DNA of 64,000 nt from NCBI RefSeq assembly GCF_963921235.1, contig NC_086118.1, positions 16,058,001-16,122,000 of the forward strand, given 5' to 3'. This DNA comes from Mobula hypostoma (lineage: Eukaryota). The position numbers were made by a program, and so were the translations under genes. Positions 25,373 to 36,484 of the stretch are shown here, one piece after another; the first letter of the stretch is position 1; every line of letters begins with the position of its first letter. Under the pieces are notes generated by a model, which had not been told where the DNA came from, ran no database searches, and was given only the letters and a program-made list of their open reading frames with translations.

Positions 25373-25954
25373 ACTTTACTTGTGAGTCTGTTGGAGTCAT
25401 CTATTGCATCCAGTTCACCCGGTGCGGCCTCCTCTACATCGGTGAAACCCGACGCAGATTGGGGGACCGCTTCGTCGAGCACCTCTGCTCTGTCTGCCAC
25501 AACAGACAGGATCTCCCGGTAGCCACCCACTTCAACTCTGCTTCACATTCCCATTCAGATATGTCTATACATGGCCTCCTCTACTGCCATGATGAGGCTA
25601 AACTCAGGTTGGAGGAGCAACACCTCATATACCGTCTAGGTAGTCTCCAGCCCCTTGGTATGAACATAGAATTCTCCAACTTCCGGTAATTCCCTCCCCC
25701 TCCCCTCCCCTATCCTTATTTCACTCTTCCCCCTCCCCCAGCTGCCTACCACCTCCCTCATCGTTCTGCCTCCTTCTACTACCCATTGTGTTTTCCCCTA
25801 TTCCTTCCTCACCTTTCCTGCCTATCACCTCCCTGTTTCCCCTCCCCCACCCCTTTATCTTTCCCCTTACTGACTTTTCACCTGGAACCTACCAGCCTTC
25901 TCCTTCCCACCCTCCCCCCTCCTTCTTTATAGGGCCTCTGCTCCTTCCCTCTCC

Positions 25955-25990
25955 AGTCCTGACGAAGGGTTCCGGCCCGAAACGTCGACT
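25955..25990 (+). ncRNA. Minimal type-I hammerhead ribozyme, intact
   Basis: AGTC-CTGACGA-AGGGTTCCGGCCC-GAAAC-GTC^GACT. Confidence 0.8.
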
Positions 25991-26969
25991 GATCGTTTCC
26001 ACAGATGCTGCCCGACCTGCTGAGTTCCTCCAGCGTGTTGTGACTGTTGATTCATACAATGGCTAATGTTATGATAAATCATAATCATACAACACAGAAT
26101 CGGGACCACTCAGTAGTGCCCACTCCTACCCTAACCCATTTTACTTTTCCCCTGAGGTTCTATCACTCACCTATATAACAGGACAACTCTTAAAGAGCAA
26201 AAGCAAATCGAGGAAATAGCTGGGATCCCCTTCATTTCTTTGGGGCAGGAAGATGTAACGTATCACTTTTGTGCATGTCGTGTGGCTATTAAATACGACT
26301 CTGAGGCTAGAGTGAAGAGTTTAGAAATAGCATACTCAAAATGCTGGAGGACTCAGTAGGCCAAGCAGCATCTCTGGAAAAGATAAACAGTCAATATTTA
26401 TTCTAATTTTAAATAGTTCGTCGTATTTAAATTGGAATAGCATATGAAACTGCATGGCAGTAGTGTAAGGTGAACATAATGTTGTGATTGGTTTGCAGAG
26501 ACAACTTTAAAATGAAGATACAATGTGCAATAATTTATTCTGTATTTCATTTAAATACACAATTTATTACTCTGTTAAACGGTACCTTATACCTTTTCAA
26601 CTCTTTCCATGAAACTTTTGCTGTTTGGGGCAGCCACTTAATTGGGCCAAAACATACTGGTCCCTATTAACCAGAATCCAAAATTTGTATAAATACACTT
26701 TTTTTAAAAAATGCCGTAACAAATTTGACATTTCTTCCCCAAGGCAACAGTGGCTGCATTTTTTCAATTTCTCAGAGCAGTGTTTTGGTTCTGCCTAATA
26801 TATCACAAAGGTCTTGAAAGGATCACATAATGAACAGAAATCCATGTAATCCAGACTGCTGTGACCTTACACGAGAGTTGATACCTTCATTGATATTCAA
26901 TCCAAATCACTATTTGCACTGTATGTTTTTTTTAGGTGGTGGACGTGTGGAAGTGAAGTACTGAAGATA

Positions 26970-27582
26970 ATGGAGACAGAAGCAGCTGAAAATAATCTGT
27001 ACTTCACTTTTGGAGTAATAGCCGATATTCAATATGCTGACGTACAGGATGGCCTGAACTATGTAAGGACAAGAGAACGTTACTATAGAAACAGCCTCCG
27101 TTTGTTGCGCAATGCTGTCAAAGAATGGAATGAAGAGCCTGTTGCTCCCAAGTTTATTCTGCAGCTTGGTGATATAATTGATGGATGCAATTCACAGATG
27201 AAGGCCTCAGAAGAAGCACTTCAGACAGTAATAAATGAGTTTACAAATTGCCTGTCTCCAGTGCATCATATCTGGGGAAACCATGAATTTTACAACTTTG
27301 ACAGGAAGCAATTACTGAAATCTGTTCTCAATAGCAAGCACCTGGAAGGTGAAGTAGTATCGAGTAATGTGCCTAGTATTAGTATTAAGAATGACATTAA
27401 CCCTGATGATTCTGAGGCATTTTATGGCTATCATTTTAGTCCCTTTCCGAAGTTTCGGTTCATAATAACTGACGCATATGATCTCAGCATTCTTGGGAGG
27501 AGAAAGAGCAGTAAGAAACACAATAAATCCGTACAGATCCTGAAATCACACAACAAAAATGAAGACCCCAATAGCCCAAATG
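26970..27582 (+). CDS. ADPRM: ADPRM exon 2 CDS, manganese-dependent ADP-ribose/CDP-alcohol diphosphatase (exon starts at 26936)
   Basis: Metallophosphoesterase motifs IADIQY, LGDIIDG and WGNHE; strong Kozak ataATGG; donor G|GTAAGC. Confidence 0.97.
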
Positions 27583-27837
27583 GTAAGCCATTATTGTGTA
27601 CCTTTTGTTTTATATTGTCTGCTCCCTGTCTATTTTTCCTGTTTCACATGTTTCTTGGTCACATCTTAAATTGGAATAGCACATGAATCATGCCTCTCTT
27701 GATGCCGCTGCATGGCAGTAGCAGAAGGTGAACATATTTACGCTGAGATTGGTTTGCAGACAACAATTTAAAATTAAGGTTCATAATGAAAGCAAAATGT
27801 GCGAACATAAGTTGCATCCAGGTTACAGAATATTTGC

Positions 27838-28250
27838 ATCATCATCACCATTGTTACGTGCTGCGTCGTATGACGAAGGCGATAATAGTCTTCCATCTAT
27901 TGTACTTAGTCTTTTCCCTTTCCGTGACCATGACTATTCTTGGCAAATTTTTCTGCAGATGTGGTTTGCCACTGCCTCCTCCTGAGCAGTGGCTTTACAA
28001 GACGGGTGACCCCAGCCATTATCAATACTCTTCCGAAATTGTCTGACTGGTCACATAACCAGGACTTGTGATATGCACCAGCTGCTCATACAACCATACA
28101 CCTCCTGCCCCATGGCTTCGTGTGAACCTGATCGGGGATGGGTGGGGGGTATGCAGGTGCTACACCTTGCCCAAGGGTGATCTGCAGGCTGGCAGAGGGA
28201 AGGGGTGCCTTACACCCCCCCTTGTTAGAGATTTATCTCCACCCTGCACC
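27838..28250 (-). mobile_element. SINE-like retroposon with an RTE/BovB-like segment (GTGGTTTGCCACTGCC) and (ATG)n tail
   Basis: A second copy is split between 36212-36484 and 39363-39460. Confidence 0.7.
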
Positions 28251-29671
28251 CAATATTTGCATAGTCTGATCTATTTATCTTTGCTTTCCTTCAACATCAC
28301 ATGATATCTCAGCCTGTATTTGCAACAGTATGGGAGGTGCCCTTGTTCAATCTAACACTGGGATAGGACAGTTAACTACCAGTTTCCCACTCCCAATATG
28401 CAAATTGTTACCCCCTACTACTGAAAGCTACCATCAAGGACATTGCAAAAGACTGCCTTAAGAAGGCAGCATCCATCATTAGGGACCCTCACTATCCAGA
28501 GAACATGTCGGTCTCTCATTAGTACCATCAGGGTGCGGACACAGGAGCCCGAACATCCACGCTTCAACATTTTCGGAACAGCTTCTTCCACTCTGCCCGT
28601 AGATTTCTGAATGGTTCGTGAACACTATCTCATTATTCCTCTTGTGCACTAATTAATTATTCATTTATTTTTAATACTAACATATAGTAATTTTTGTCTT
28701 GACTACCGTTTCCACAAAATAATTTTTATAATATACGTCAGTGATAATAAACCTGATTCTGATTAAAGATTATTTCCAGAGATTAGAGGGAAAAAACAGA
28801 TAATCTTGACGAGGTTATCTTCAGGACTCGCTCCACCAGGTTCAAGAACAGTTATTACCCCTCATCCATCAAGCTCTTGATCAAAAGGGGATAACTGCAC
28901 TCACTTGGCCATCCCTCGAGTTGTTCCCACAAGCAACGATCTCAGTTTAAGGACTCTTTATCTCATGTTCTCATTTTTATTGCTTTTTATTTATATTTCC
29001 ATTTGCACAATGTGTTGTCTTCTGCACTCTGGTTGATCTTTCATTGATCCTGTTATAGTTACTATTCCATAGATTTGCTGAGTATGCCCACAAGAAAATG
29101 AATCTCTGGGTTGTATATGGTGAGCTGTAGGTATTTTGATAATAACATTTATGTTGAACTTTGAAATGCTACTAAACTTGCAGTTTATGGAAGCCTGTAG
29201 AGGTGCAGAGGCAAATATTGTCTGATATAGGATAAGCTGATGCTTTACAGACTAACTGCATTTAAATAAGAGAGTAATTTCAGGGCAGTATTTCATGATT
29301 GTCTGGGTGATGTCTTTATTTTACCTATCAATTTTCCCAATTTCCATATTTGTAGTCATCTCCTTTATTTTGCATTTCTGTTTCATTATGAAATGTAAAA
29401 TGTTAGAAAATATTTATTTATCCATGTGTTTGCATCGCTGGCTTGTATTTGGTTTTGTTATGGCTCTGTCATTTTCCTGATTATTACAGTTGTACGTGGC
29501 TGGTAATAAAATGCTTAGGAAAGTCAATGAGAAATGTAATTTTACAAAGTTTTCCACTATCATAATTACCTAAGAGCTCATTGAAAAATTCCATTACTAC
29601 TATAAATCACAAGTTATGTAAGGATTATTTAAGAATTTATTTCTAGACCCAGAAATTAATTCAATAGGCAC

Positions 29672-30466
29672 ATTTAGTCAGAGAAATGTATACAATATAC
29701 ATACTGAAATTCTTTGTCTTTGCAAACATCTATGAAAATAGAGGAGTGCCCCAAAGAATGAATGACAGTTAAACGTAAGAACCCCAAAGCACCCCCCAGC
29801 TCCCCCTTCCCACGCATAAGCAGCAGCAAGGCAACGACCCCCTCCCACCAGCAAAAGAGCATCAGCGCTCCCCCTACCGAGCACAAAAGTGTGCAGCAAA
29901 GCATCAATGAAGACACAGACTTGCAGTACGCCAAAGACTACTTCTTCACCCAGTATTCGACATACCACAGGCTCTGTCTCTCTCCCTAATAAGGGAAAAA
30001 GAGGTGTCGCTGTTTCACAGCGAGAGGGCAGACATTACAAACAACTGGCTGATTTATGTTGTGTCGCTTTTTCCGAGCTCTGCGCCCAGAGAGTCGGCCC
30101 CAAAAAGGCACAGGTCACTGGACACACAGCTCACGGCTGCTGACCCGCTGCCCCCAGTGTTCCATGTTCTCCCGTGACATCTCATTCAGGGGCACCGGCC
30201 TAGAATCAGCCCGTCTCCAGAGCCACGAAAATCCAGCACCCTGAGGGTGGGCTAGTCTTCCAGACTGTGTCCTTGGGACATCACATGGCCAGTCATGAGG
30301 CCCTGAGAGCCTGCCCAATTCCCGCAAAGAACCGAAGTAAGAATGTAACTCCAGGTCAGGGTCTTCATAAGAACCTTGAAAAGGGGGGAGAAAAGAGGTA
30401 TCAAAGATAGAAATAAAGCTGCTTCCAAAGATGCAAGCAGAGGAGTCACCATTTAGCGCCATCATC
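29672..30466 (-). mobile_element. Non-coding retroposon beginning GATGATGGCG on the minus strand
   Basis: Rex1-like 3' end and no credible ORF; similar organisation to 8214-8878. Confidence 0.6.
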
Positions 30467-30744
30467 AATTCATTCTGCCTCTCCTGCATGAATCTGCACG
30501 GTACAACCAGAACAATATCGCCAAAGCAATATTAATTGGTCTGTGACATGAATTTGCTTTTAGAGAATAACCATCATTTGTGCATTCTCCGTGACTATAC
30601 ATTGTGAAAAATTCATTCCTTTGGACCTGGTGCTGGACATATTTTCTGTAAAAATTCAATTAGCTTTGGAAAGTACAATATGGCAACTGCAGATATGGAA
30701 ATAAAGATTGTTACAAATTTAAGGATATTTCTAATCTGCAGGTG

Positions 30745-31630
30745 ATACAAAGATTTTTGGCGTTGATAGTGTAGAAGACTGACAAAGAGTACAGCGGGAT
30801 ATAGATCAGTTACAGAAATGGGTGGAGAAACGGGAGATGGAGTTTAACCCGCCAAATATGAAGTGTTGCATCTTGGTAGGTCAAATGTAAAGAGACAGTA
30901 TGCTGTTAAAGGCAAGTGCCTTAACAGTGTTGATGAGCAGATGGATCTTGGAGTCCAAGTTCATTGCTCTCTGAAAGCAGCTACGCAGATTGATAAGGTG
31001 GTTCAGAAGGCTTATGGCATGCGTGCCTTCATTAGTCGAGGCATAGAGATGAAAAGTCAGGAAGTTATATTGCAGCTTTATAAAACTCCAGTTAGGCTGC
31101 ATCTGGAATATTGCATGCAGTTCTGGTCACCCCATTATGGAAAGGGTGTTGAGGCTTCGGAGAGAGTGCAGAAGGATGCTGTCTGGATTAGAGGTTGGAC
31201 AAACTTCGATTGTTTTCTCTGGAGTAGTGGAGGGTGAGGGGAGATCGATAGAGGTTTATAACATTATGAGACGTATTATGAGTAGGCAAGCATTATTTTT
31301 TTTCCCAGAGTTGAAATGCCTAATATCAGAGGGCATACATTTAAAGTGAGAGGGGATAAGTTCAAAGGAGATGTGAGGGGCAAGTTTTTTACACACAGAG
31401 AGTGGTGGGTGCCTAGAATGCACTGCCTGAGGTGGTAGTAAAGGCAGGTACATTGGGGACTTTTAAGACTGGTTTAGATGGGAACATGAATGCGAGGAAA
31501 ATGGAAGGATATGGACATTGTCTAGGCAGAAGAGATTAGTTTGGTTGACCATCTGATTACGAATTTAATTGGTTCGGCGCAACATTGCTGAACGGTCTAT
31601 TCCAGTGCTGTACTGCTCTATGTTCTATTT
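30745..31630 (+). mobile_element. CR1 LINE 3' part
   Basis: VLHLGRSN...DLGVQVH...VRLHLEYCMQFWSPH ORF2 motifs and CR1 tail. Confidence 0.85.
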
Positions 31631-31697
31631 CTGTATAGATGCCTTTCAGCATAGCTATAGTATACCAAGCTGTATAATAATTCCTCTTAATCGACAG

Positions 31698-31820
31698 GCC
31701 TTGCTGGATTGAATATTCGCTTTTTGGGATTTAATGGAGGTTTCAGTCAAGAGCAGCTAGAATGGCTAAATGCTGTTTTAGATTTCTCCGATCACAACCA
31801 GGAAAAGGTAACAGTCGTTG
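31698..31820 (+). CDS. ADPRM: ADPRM exon 3 ([41 protein letters not shown])
   Basis: [12 protein letters not shown] motif of ADPRM; acag| acceptor, G|GTAAGT donor, phase 1/1. Confidence 0.96.
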
Positions 31821-33334
31821 GTAAGTAAATGAAATGTAATCTGTTCTGGTTGACTCCTCCTCAAAAAAAAGTGTGTAGAGATCCATGTTAGAAAAGGGTA
31901 AAACACCAGTTAGGCCATGATTGGAGTAGCTGCCACACATCGGAAGAATGTGGCAACCATAAGACATGAGAGCAGAGTTAGGCTGTTCAGCCCATCGAAT
32001 CTGCTTCATCATTCAATCATGGCTGATGTATTTTCCCCCTCAACCCCTTTTCCTACTTTCTCCCCATAACCTTTGACACATTTACTAATTAAGAACTTCT
32101 GAACTTCCACTTTAAATATACCCAATGACTTGGCCTCCAGAACCATCTGTGGTAATGAATTCCACAGATTTGGCTGAAGAAATTCCACCTCATCTCTGTT
32201 CTAGAGGGCTGCCCTTCTGTTCTGGAGCTGTATCCTCTGATCTGTTGAGAACATTTACTCCACGTCCACTCTAACTAGGCCTTTCAATATTCGGTAGGCA
32301 ACACAGTAACACAGGAGTGCAAAGAAGATTCATGAGGGTATTGCCAGGGTGAGAGAATTAGTTCTGAGTAGAGATTTGGAAGATTGGATTTATTTATTTG
32401 GAATAAAGATGGCAGAGCAGAATTGATATGCATAAATATGAGAAGCAGAGATAAAGTGAACAGGGAAGTCTTGTTACCTTTAGCAGAAAGATCACCAACC
32501 AAGGGACATATATTAAGGGAATTGGTAGGGTTAGAGTTAGTTTGATGATTTATTTTTGTTGTTGTGGAACTTTTTCTTTGGAGAAGGTGTAGAAGAGGTT
32601 TACAAAGATGTTGTCTGAATTAGAGGGCATGTGCTATGAGGAGAGGTTAGACAAACTTGGGTTGTTTTCTCTGGAGCAGTAGGGACCCGATACAAATTTA
32701 ATAGATTATGAGAGGCATAGACGGACAGCCTGTCAAAATGTCTAACACTAGAGGGCATGCATTTAAGATAGATACTTTATTGTTCCCAAAGGAAATTACT
32801 GTGTTACAGTAGCATTACAATTGCACAGATATACACGTATTAGAAGAAAAGTAAGAAAGAATAAGTTACTTTAAAAATGAGATGTACAAGATTTACAAGT
32901 CCAAGACTGCAAGATCACTTCCCTGGCTGTCGGTTGACTTGTTATAGAGCCTGATGGCTGAGGGTAAGAATGACCTCATATAGTGCTGTCTGGAGTAGCA
33001 CAGTTGTCTGTCTATTACTGAGAGTGCTCCTCTGTTCAGCAAGGTAGCATGCAGGAGGTGAGAAACATTGCCCAGAATTGCCTGAATTTTCCGAAGGGTC
33101 CTTTGTTCTGCAAGATGAAAGGGGTTAAATTCAAAAGAGATGTGTGAGGCCAGATTTTTTGGTTTTTTTTTTACAGAGTTGTGGGTGTCTGAAGTGTACT
33201 GCCGGGGGTGGTGGTGGCAGCAAATATAATAAGGCACTTAAGAGGCTGTTAGGTAGGTACAGGAATGGGCGGAGAATGGATTGACGTGGGCAGTATGTAG
33301 GTAGAAGGGATTTGTTTCAGTAGGCAATTAATTC

Positions 33335-34229
33335 TAGAATCAATACCCCTTATGTGAAATTCCAAAATCTGAAACCCTCCGAAATCCCCAAGAATTTTTT
33401 TGAATGCTGATATGATGTCACAAATGGAAAATTCCAGAAGACGCTGGGAAGGTTCCTAGTCAATGCACAGGTAATCTGAGAAGTGAGCTCAGATATAGAA
33501 TGAACAATAGAAAAGCACTGCATAAAGCAAAAAATAAAGAACTTGATCGTGTATTGAAAGAATGGATTCATCAGCGATGGGACGAACATACGTTGCGTGA
33601 CGGTACGCTAATCAGGAAATGAGTAAAGATCTATCATAATGAACTGCACATTGAAGGTAATTGTGGATATCTAGCAGGCTGGTTGCAGAAATTTACGAAA
33701 AGGAACTGTATTAATATTTAAAGATTAAAATTATTTTAAAGATGAAGTTCATGAAGCAACACAGAAACTCATTGATAAGATTGCGAAAATCGTCGCTGAT
33801 GAAAATCTAATACCAGAACAAGTCTACGATTCTGATTGCCTTTATACCTTTCATAAAACCTAAAAAAAGTGAACTACAAATACTGTGTATATACCGTAAC
33901 CTCTTAATCAAAACACCACATCAGAGTTGGAGACTGAAAGCCTGTCATTGTTTGTTACTGGTAAATAGCTGATTCAGGTATTCTCCCGATGCTGCTGCGT
34001 TGCTTTTGTTACCCTGCAGACATTAATATTTTCATTTTATTATTGGTATCTGGTCATTTTTACTGTTAAGTACCTAATTGTGATAAATAAGCGTAAGACA
34101 AAGACGGCTTACTGGTAGCACAAATTCAGAGTCAGAAAAGATAGTGATCCCAAGCTAACTCATTATATATTCCAAAATCTGAAACATTTCTATCCCCAAG
34201 CATTTGGGATAAGGAGTATTCAACCAGTA
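33335..34229 (+). mobile_element. Tigger/pogo DNA transposon internal-deletion derivative (Tigger4/Zombi-like)
   Basis: CENP-B-type HTH remnant KAKNKELDRVLKEWIHQR...GWLQKFTKR; right terminus ...GGATAAGGAGTATTCAACCAG|TA. Confidence 0.8.
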
Positions 34230-34554
34230 GTTTATTTAATTCAGCACAATTTCATGGCTGTGTTTGACCTGTTCCTGTGCTGTATTGTTCTATATTCTAA
34301 TCAAATTCACTTCTTTAAAGAAGTGGGGACCCCCCCCTCCCCCCAATCACATTTTATAAAAAGCACCTGAGTACTCAATGAGGCCTAGAGTTCTAGGATT
34401 GGATTTTGGAAATGGGAGGAGTCCAAGTAGTTTTTTTTCTTTCACCAATACAGATACCATTGATTAATTTAGTTCTATATATTTCTCATCTGTGACTACA
34501 AAACAGACAAAGCTTTATTAATGCAGAACGTACAAATTATCAAGTATTTTTAGA

Positions 34555-36210
34555 TAGTAGGTCTGTAACCAATGGTGTGCTGCAAGGATTAGTGCTGGGT
34601 CCCCTGCTGTTTGTCATATATATCAATGATTTGGATGAGAATGTACAGTAGATGGCACGATTAGGAAGTTTGTGGATGACAGCAAAATTGGTGGTATGGT
34701 GGACAGTGGAAATAACAACAGAATCAAATTCAGCTGGGAAGTGGGCAGATGGTTGCCTCTCTGACTGGAGGCCTGTGACTAGTGGAGTGCTGCAGATCCA
34801 TTGTAGTTTGTCATCTGTATCAATGACCTGGATGATAATATGGTTAACTAGATCAGCAAATTTGCAGATTACACCAGGATTGAGGGTGTAGTGGACAGTG
34901 AGGAAGGCTATTGGAGCTTGCAGAGGGATCTGGACCAGCTGGAAAAATGGGCTAAGAAGTGCCAGATGGAATTTAATATAGACAAGTGTGAGGTGTTGCA
35001 CTTCAGTAGGACCAACCAGGGAAGGTCTTATACAGTGAATGGTTGAGCACTGTGGTAAAACAAAGGGATTTGGGAATACTAGTCAATTAATGCATTGAAA
35101 GTGGTGTCACTGGTAGGTAGGGTTGTAAAGAAAACTTTTGGCACATTGGCCTTCATAAATCATTGTATTGAGTACAGGAGATGGGTTGTTATGCTGAAAT
35201 TGTATAATGTTGGTGAGGACTAATTTGGTGTGCAGGTATGGTCAGCTACCCTTCAGGAAAGTTCTAAATTCGGTTGAAACAGTCCATACAAAACTTACAA
35301 GATGTTGCCAGGACTGGAGGACCTGAGTTATAAGGAAAGATTGAATAGGTTAGGACTTTATTCCTTGGAATGTTGAAGACTGAGTGGAGATTTGATAGAG
35401 GTATACAAAATTATGAGGGGTATAGATAGGGTAAATGCAAGCAGGCTTTTTGGATGGGACTACAACTAGAGGTCTGGGTTAAGTGTGAAGGCAAAAGGTT
35501 TAAGTGGAACATGAGGGGAAACTTCTTTATTCAGAGGGTCATGAGAGTGTGGAAAGAGCTGCCAGCGCAAGTGGGGCATGTGAGCTTAATTTCAACATTT
35601 AAGAGAAGTTTGAATAGGTGCATGGATGGCAGGGGTATGGAAGGATATGGCCAGGGCGTAGATCGATGGGAAAAGGCGGTTTAAATGGTTCAGCATGGAC
35701 TAGATGGGCTGAAAGGCTTGTTTCTGTGCTGTACTTTTCTATGACTGTGGAATTTAACTCAGACACTTGCATAGTGATGTACTTTCAAAGTTAACCAGGG
35801 CCCTATTCTAGAGCAAAGAGACCTCGGGCTGGAAGTACATAGCTCCCTAAACATGGCAACGTTGGTAGACAAAGTGGTGAAGAAGAAATTTGGCATGCAT
35901 GGCTTCATCAGACCAGGCACTGAGTATAACTGATGGGACATCATGTTATATCTGTATAGCACATTGGTGAGACCATACCTAGAATATTGTGTGAAGTTCT
36001 GGTTACTGTACTAAAGAAAGGATGTGATTAAACTGGAGAGAGTTCAGAAAGGATTCACCAGGATGTTGCTGGGACTGTGGATTTTGAGCTATGAAGGGAG
36101 ACTAGCCTGGCTGGGACTGTTTTCCCAAGAATGGAGACAATTGAGAGGTAACCTTACAGAGGTCTATAAAATTATGGTTGTAAAGGTGGATGGTCACAAT
36201 CTTTTTCCTG
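34555..36210 (+). mobile_element. Consecutive CR1 LINE 3' fragments
   Basis: GVLQGLVLGPLLF, KFADY, LERVQKGFTRML motifs. Confidence 0.8.
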
Positions 36211-36484
36211 GATCTTCATCATCATTATTATTACATGCTGTGCGGTTTGACGTGAGCGATCACAGTCTATGACCATGATCGTTCTTGGCAAACTCTACAG
36301 AAGTAGTTTGCTTTTGCCTTCTTATGCATAGTCTCTTTATAAGACGGGTGACCCCAGCCATTATCGGTACTTGCCTGGCATCAGTGGTCACATAACCAGG
36401 ATGTGATTATGTGACCACAGCACCACCTGCGCCCATGGCTTCACGTGACCCTGATCGGGGATTGGGGGGTGGGGTGGCTAAGCT

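Larger units (their letters stand above)
22530..26040 (+). mobile_element. Neptune-type PLE (RT C-terminus, Cys linker, GIY-YIG) with an inverted short arm at left; host of a nested PLE
   Basis: YPCKRKCYTCP linker; LYIGETRRRLGDRFVEH GIY-YIG at ~25390-25689; TSD TGACTGTTG(T/A)TTCAT. Confidence 0.88.

Noticed and set aside
27583-27686. C-terminal part of the 238-aa ADPRM ORF
   Set aside because: Read-through of a good donor (G|GTAAGC) into the intron; homology continues in the exon at 31698.
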